Shown here one piece after another: positions 60,670 to 64,000 of a stretch of 64,000 nucleotides of DNA (positions are counted from its first letter, which is position 1; each line of letters begins with the position of its first letter). This stretch comes from Thermovirgaceae bacterium (GTDB lineage: Bacteria > Synergistota > Synergistia > Synergistales > Thermovirgaceae): the NCBI GenBank assembly GCA_040767805.1, contig JAXGNU010000003.1:96001-160000 (forward strand), written 5' to 3'. The notes beneath the pieces were generated by a model. It was not told where the DNA came from. It searched no databases and saw only the letters and a list, made by a program, of their open reading frames with translations. A program made the position numbers and the translations under genes.

Positions 60670-61530
60670 ATGGAATTAGATAAAGGCTACTACAAAGGCA
60701 AGACCGCCGTCGTCACCGGGGCGGCGTCGGGCATAGGGCTGGCCCTCATTGAGGAGCTGCTGGCCTACGGGGCGGAGAAGGTCGTGCTCGCGGACTTTAA
60801 CGCTGTGAACCTGAAAAAGCATACCGACCGTCTTTCGGCCGAATATCCCGGGAGAGTTAAGGGCATCCTCTGCGACGTGACGAAGGAGAACGAGGTCGTG
60901 GACATGATCGCCGAGGCCGCGGAGTTCTTCGGCGGGAGGATCGACCTGCTGATCAACAACGCCGGGGCGGGAGTTATGGGGATGTTCACCGAGTCGTACC
61001 CCCCCATACCCGAGAAGGATCGCCACGGGATGATCGTCCAGACCAACAAGGACTGGGAAAAGGCCTTCGCCCTCAACTTCTACGGGGCGCTGTACGGTTG
61101 CCGCGAGGTTATTCCCATAATGCAGAAGAACGGAGGCGGGCAAGTGATCAACGTGATCTCGGGCATAGCCTTCTACCCCATGGCTTACCAGTCGATGTAC
61201 GCGGCCACCAAGGCGGCCCTGAACGGCCTGACCCTTTCCCTGCGCTACGAGTACTGGGACGATAACATCAAGTTCAACTCCGCCACGCCCGGCACGACGG
61301 CCACGGCTATCTGGGGCGATATGGCCCCGCCGCCGACCGCCCAGACCCCCCAGCAGTCGGCAAGGCGCATCCTGGCCCAGGCCGCGAAAAACAGGCGGGT
61401 CATATTCGGCGACGACCCGGACGAGGCGGGGGCGAAAAACTGCTTCCACCCGGATCACGAGGATATACCGGACACCTACCTTCTGGAGGTGGCAAGGGCC
61501 AGAAGGAGCGGCGAGTCCACCCGGGTCTAG
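60670..61530 (+). CDS. Short-chain dehydrogenase/reductase
   Basis: TGAASGIG, CDV, NNAG, S...YAATK motifs. Confidence 0.92.
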   Translation: MELDKGYYKGKTAVVTGAASGIGLALIEELLAYGAEKVVLADFNAVNLKKHTDRLSAEYPGRVKGILCDVTKENEVVDMIAEAAEFFGGRIDLLINNAGAGVMGMFTESYPPIPEKDRHGMIVQTNKDWEKAFALNFYGALYGCREVIPIMQKNGGGQVINVISGIAFYPMAYQSMYAATKAALNGLTLSLRYEYWDDNIKFNSATPGTTATAIWGDMAPPPTAQTPQQSARRILAQAAKNRRVIFGDDPDEAGAKNCFHPDHEDIPDTYLLEVARARRSGESTRV

Positions 61531-61638
61531 AGGCACGGCCCGGTTTCCTAGCAACGCGGACAGGGTGGGCGAGCCCCAGGGGCCGCCCACCCTCTTTGCA
61601 GGGTGCTGTCCGGGCTGGGAGAAGATCTCCCCGTGCGG

Positions 61639-62256
61639 TCAGATGCTGATGGTATTACTCGCCCTGGCCATCTTTTCCGTTATTCCATACATGTCGGCTA
61701 CGCTGCCGACGGCCAGTTTGCCCTGCAGCTCGAAGTAATTGATGCAGGTCCCGCAGGACAGGATATTCGTCCCGGCGGCTTCCAGTCTTTTCAGGTCATC
61801 GATCGCATTGGAGCCTTCGGCCGTCAAGAACACCCCTGAGTTTAAGAATAATATCGATTCGGGAGGTGTCTTGAGCTCCGTCAGGGAGTAAATGAATCCC
61901 TTGACCAGGATCTTGCCCAGTTCGTCGGAACCAGCCCCCATGCCGTCCTTGCCGATCACGACGACCATTCTTTCGGGAGCCGCGGAAGGGCGGACCTCGC
62001 CTTGTTCGCTCCTCTCCTCTTCAACAGCGGGGGCCGCGGCGCCGCTTTTAACGATAAGGACATCGAAAAGGCCCGACGAAACCTCCTGGTAAGAAAAATC
62101 GTACCCGTAGCCCCTGGCCATTTTCTCAAGATTCTGCACCGCCACGATGTTGTCCACTTTCACGGTGACGGCCTCCACGTCCCCTTGCCCCAGCGCTTTT
62201 TTGGCTTTTATGACCGGTATGGGACACGGCTGCCCCAAGACATCGATAGTTTTCAT
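61639..62256 (-). CDS. yedF: Sulfurtransferase-like selenium metabolism protein YedF (TusA/SirA + DsrE-like)
   Basis: D..G..CPIPV, G.G..ELG..L..FI, SCGTC; downstream of selD. Confidence 0.85.
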   Translation of the reverse strand: MKTIDVLGQPCPIPVIKAKKALGQGDVEAVTVKVDNIVAVQNLEKMARGYGYDFSYQEVSSGLFDVLIVKSGAAAPAVEEERSEQGEVRPSAAPERMVVVIGKDGMGAGSDELGKILVKGFIYSLTELKTPPESILFLNSGVFLTAEGSNAIDDLKRLEAAGTNILSCGTCINYFELQGKLAVGSVADMYGITEKMARASNTISI

Positions 62257-62275
62257 GGCCGACCTCCTCTTCCTG

Positions 62276-63580
62276 CTAGAACAGGATGATATCCCTGTCC
62301 CGGGTGACTATCTCCCCAATGACCCTCGCGGCGGGGTCTCCGGTCTGTATCTCCGCCAGTAATGCGGCCGCCTGGCCCTCGTCTACGGCGACGAGCAGCC
62401 CGCCGGAGGTCTGGGGGTCAAAGAGCAGTTCCTGCAGGGCGAAGGGCAAACCGGAGACGTCGGCCTTGCCCGCCAGGAAGTTTCGGTTCCGCTGGCCCGC
62501 GGCGGTGACCAGGTACTCCTCGGCGTACTGGTAGGCCTCTTCGAAATAGGGGATCTCCCCCGGGTAGAGCAGGATGGAAACTTTGTCCGAAGCCATCTCC
62601 AGCATGTGCGCCATCAGGCCGAAACCAGTGATATCGGTGCAGGCGCTGACCGTATAGTTCCGCATCTTTTCCGCCGCGTATTTGTTCAGGCGCTCCATCG
62701 CGGCCACGGCCTTGTCGACGGCTGCCCCGCTGGCGACCTCACCCCGCAGGGCCGCCATGATGATCCCGGTGCCGAGGGGCTTCGTCAGTATGAGTTTATG
62801 ACCCCGTTCCGGCGTGTCGTTCCTGATAATACGGCCGTTATCGATGATCCCCGTCACGGCCAGGCCGTACTTCGGCTCCTTGTCGTATATAGAATGCCCG
62901 CCCGCCAGGACGGCACCCGCCTCCATGACTTTTTCCGCGCCGCCCGTCAGTATCTCGTTCAGGATCTCCAGGTCCAGGGACTCAGGGAAACAAACCAGGT
63001 TCAGGGCCGTTAAAGGTTCGCCTCCCATGGCGTAGATGTCACTAAGAGCGTTCGTCGCCGCTATCCTGCCAAAGGTGCGCGGCTCATCCACCATGGGCGG
63101 GAAGAAATCCGCCGTCATCACCAGGGAGCGGTGGTCGTCGATCCTGTAGACCGCGGCGTCGTCGGAGGAACCGTAGCCGACAAGCAGGTTGGCGTCACTC
63201 CGCACGGGCAGACTTGTCAGCAGCTTGGACAGCTCTCCGGGGCTGATCTTCGCACCGCAGCCGCCGCTGGTGCAGTTATCTAAAAGCGAATGGAGCTTTT
63301 TCCCCTTCAGTGTGTTCAGATCTTCCACCTTCTTGAAGGAGACGTCGCTTTTCGCCCCTTCCATTGAATATACGCCTATATCATGGACTTCATTGGTCGT
63401 CAGCGCCGAAAGCGCGGGCTCGATGTCTTCCGCCCGGAGTTTCAGGCATATCCCACAGCCAGCGCGGATCTTCGACGGCAGCGGGAGCACCGTCACCTTA
63501 AGGCCCCGCTCCTCCAGGCACCTTTCTGCCTTTATGGCCTGGTTGGTGTTTTTGAAGGTAATTAAGTATCCCATCTTCAT
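62276..63580 (-). CDS. selD: Selenide, water dikinase (Cys form) with an N-terminal DUF3343-like domain
   Basis: GGCGAK, DDAAVY, DFFPP, NALSDIYAMGG, GGHS, DITGFGL, DPQTSGGLL; N-terminal F....A...E...P.P..I..GCG. Confidence 0.92.
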   Translation of the reverse strand: MKMGYLITFKNTNQAIKAERCLEERGLKVTVLPLPSKIRAGCGICLKLRAEDIEPALSALTTNEVHDIGVYSMEGAKSDVSFKKVEDLNTLKGKKLHSLLDNCTSGGCGAKISPGELSKLLTSLPVRSDANLLVGYGSSDDAAVYRIDDHRSLVMTADFFPPMVDEPRTFGRIAATNALSDIYAMGGEPLTALNLVCFPESLDLEILNEILTGGAEKVMEAGAVLAGGHSIYDKEPKYGLAVTGIIDNGRIIRNDTPERGHKLILTKPLGTGIIMAALRGEVASGAAVDKAVAAMERLNKYAAEKMRNYTVSACTDITGFGLMAHMLEMASDKVSILLYPGEIPYFEEAYQYAEEYLVTAAGQRNRNFLAGKADVSGLPFALQELLFDPQTSGGLLVAVDEGQAAALLAEIQTGDPAARVIGEIVTRDRDIILF

Positions 63581-64000
63581 CTACCCCAAGGACTGGACGA
63601 TACTTTGGATCGCCTCGACGCCCCGCCGGATCTCGTCCCGCGTATTGAAGTAGGAAAAGGAAAAGCGGACCATGCCCCGGTCAACGGTACCGAAGCGCTG
63701 ATGCAGCAAGGGCGCGCAATGGCTGCCTGCCCTGGTCGCTATTCCATGGTCCTCCCAAAGCCTTGCCGCGAGGTCGGAGGAGTCCAGCCCCTCGACATTC
63801 AGCGCGAATACCGCCAAATGACCGGGCGTGGCGGGGTTTCCGTAAAAGGTTACCGGCTTCAGGTTCTTCAGGCTGCCGTAAAAAAGGGTCGCCAGGCTCC
63901 TCTCCTTGGCCCGGATCTTGTCAAGGCCCAGGGCGTTTATGAACTGGACCCCCTTTTGCAGCCCGAAGATGCCGTGGCTGTTCGGCGTTCCCGCTTCGAA
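63581..64000 (-). CDS. Cysteine desulfurase / selenocysteine lyase-like class V aminotransferase (5' end outside the window)
   Basis: FEAGTPN, RAGSHCAP, VRFSFSYFN motifs; abuts selD. Confidence 0.88.
   Translation of the reverse strand, partial: FEAGTPNSHGIFGLQKGVQFINALGLDKIRAKERSLATLFYGSLKNLKPVTFYGNPATPGHLAVFALNVEGLDSSDLAARLWEDHGIATRAGSHCAPLLHQRFGTVDRGMVRFSFSYFNTRDEIRRGVEAIQSIVQSLG

Noticed and set aside
63255..63290. Selenocysteine (TGA) recoding in SelD
   Set aside because: The active-site codon is TGC (Cys) and the ORF is open without readthrough.

Overview
High-GC bacterial chromosomal window, most consistent with an anaerobic Synergistota (Synergistaceae-like) genome; the taxon is inferred from gene content and the L34 sequence. 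Bases 1-41 kb are mostly core genes: korAB-type oxidoreductase, copZA, an arsFG-like pair, purA, a long minus-strand envelope/cell-division operon (rnj-Na/Pi-uppP-DUF4321-maf-DUF5693-csaB-tktN-tktC-ftsE-ftsX-envC-ctpA-yibQ-purA), fba, three tRNAs, rtcB/nudC, speD, glyA, thrS, dut, pnp, rpsO, a two-component system with htrA, and rpmH-rnpA-yidD-yidC-jag. Bases 41-64 kb are more accessory: a split ribose ABC divergon, a large secreted protein with an internal duplication, mgtA, an M20 peptidase, a metallophosphoesterase, an OYE/ADC/SDR trio, and a selenium cluster with a DUF3343-SelD fusion. The most notable observation is an intact, translationally coupled split transketolase whose N-subunit has lost most ThDP/metal-binding and catalytic residues. 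It sits between csaB and ftsEX and is a candidate pseudoenzyme with an envelope or division role. Two genes (htrA and a DUF62 SAM hydrolase) carry frameshifts that may be sequencing errors. No CRISPR array, integrase or transposase was seen.
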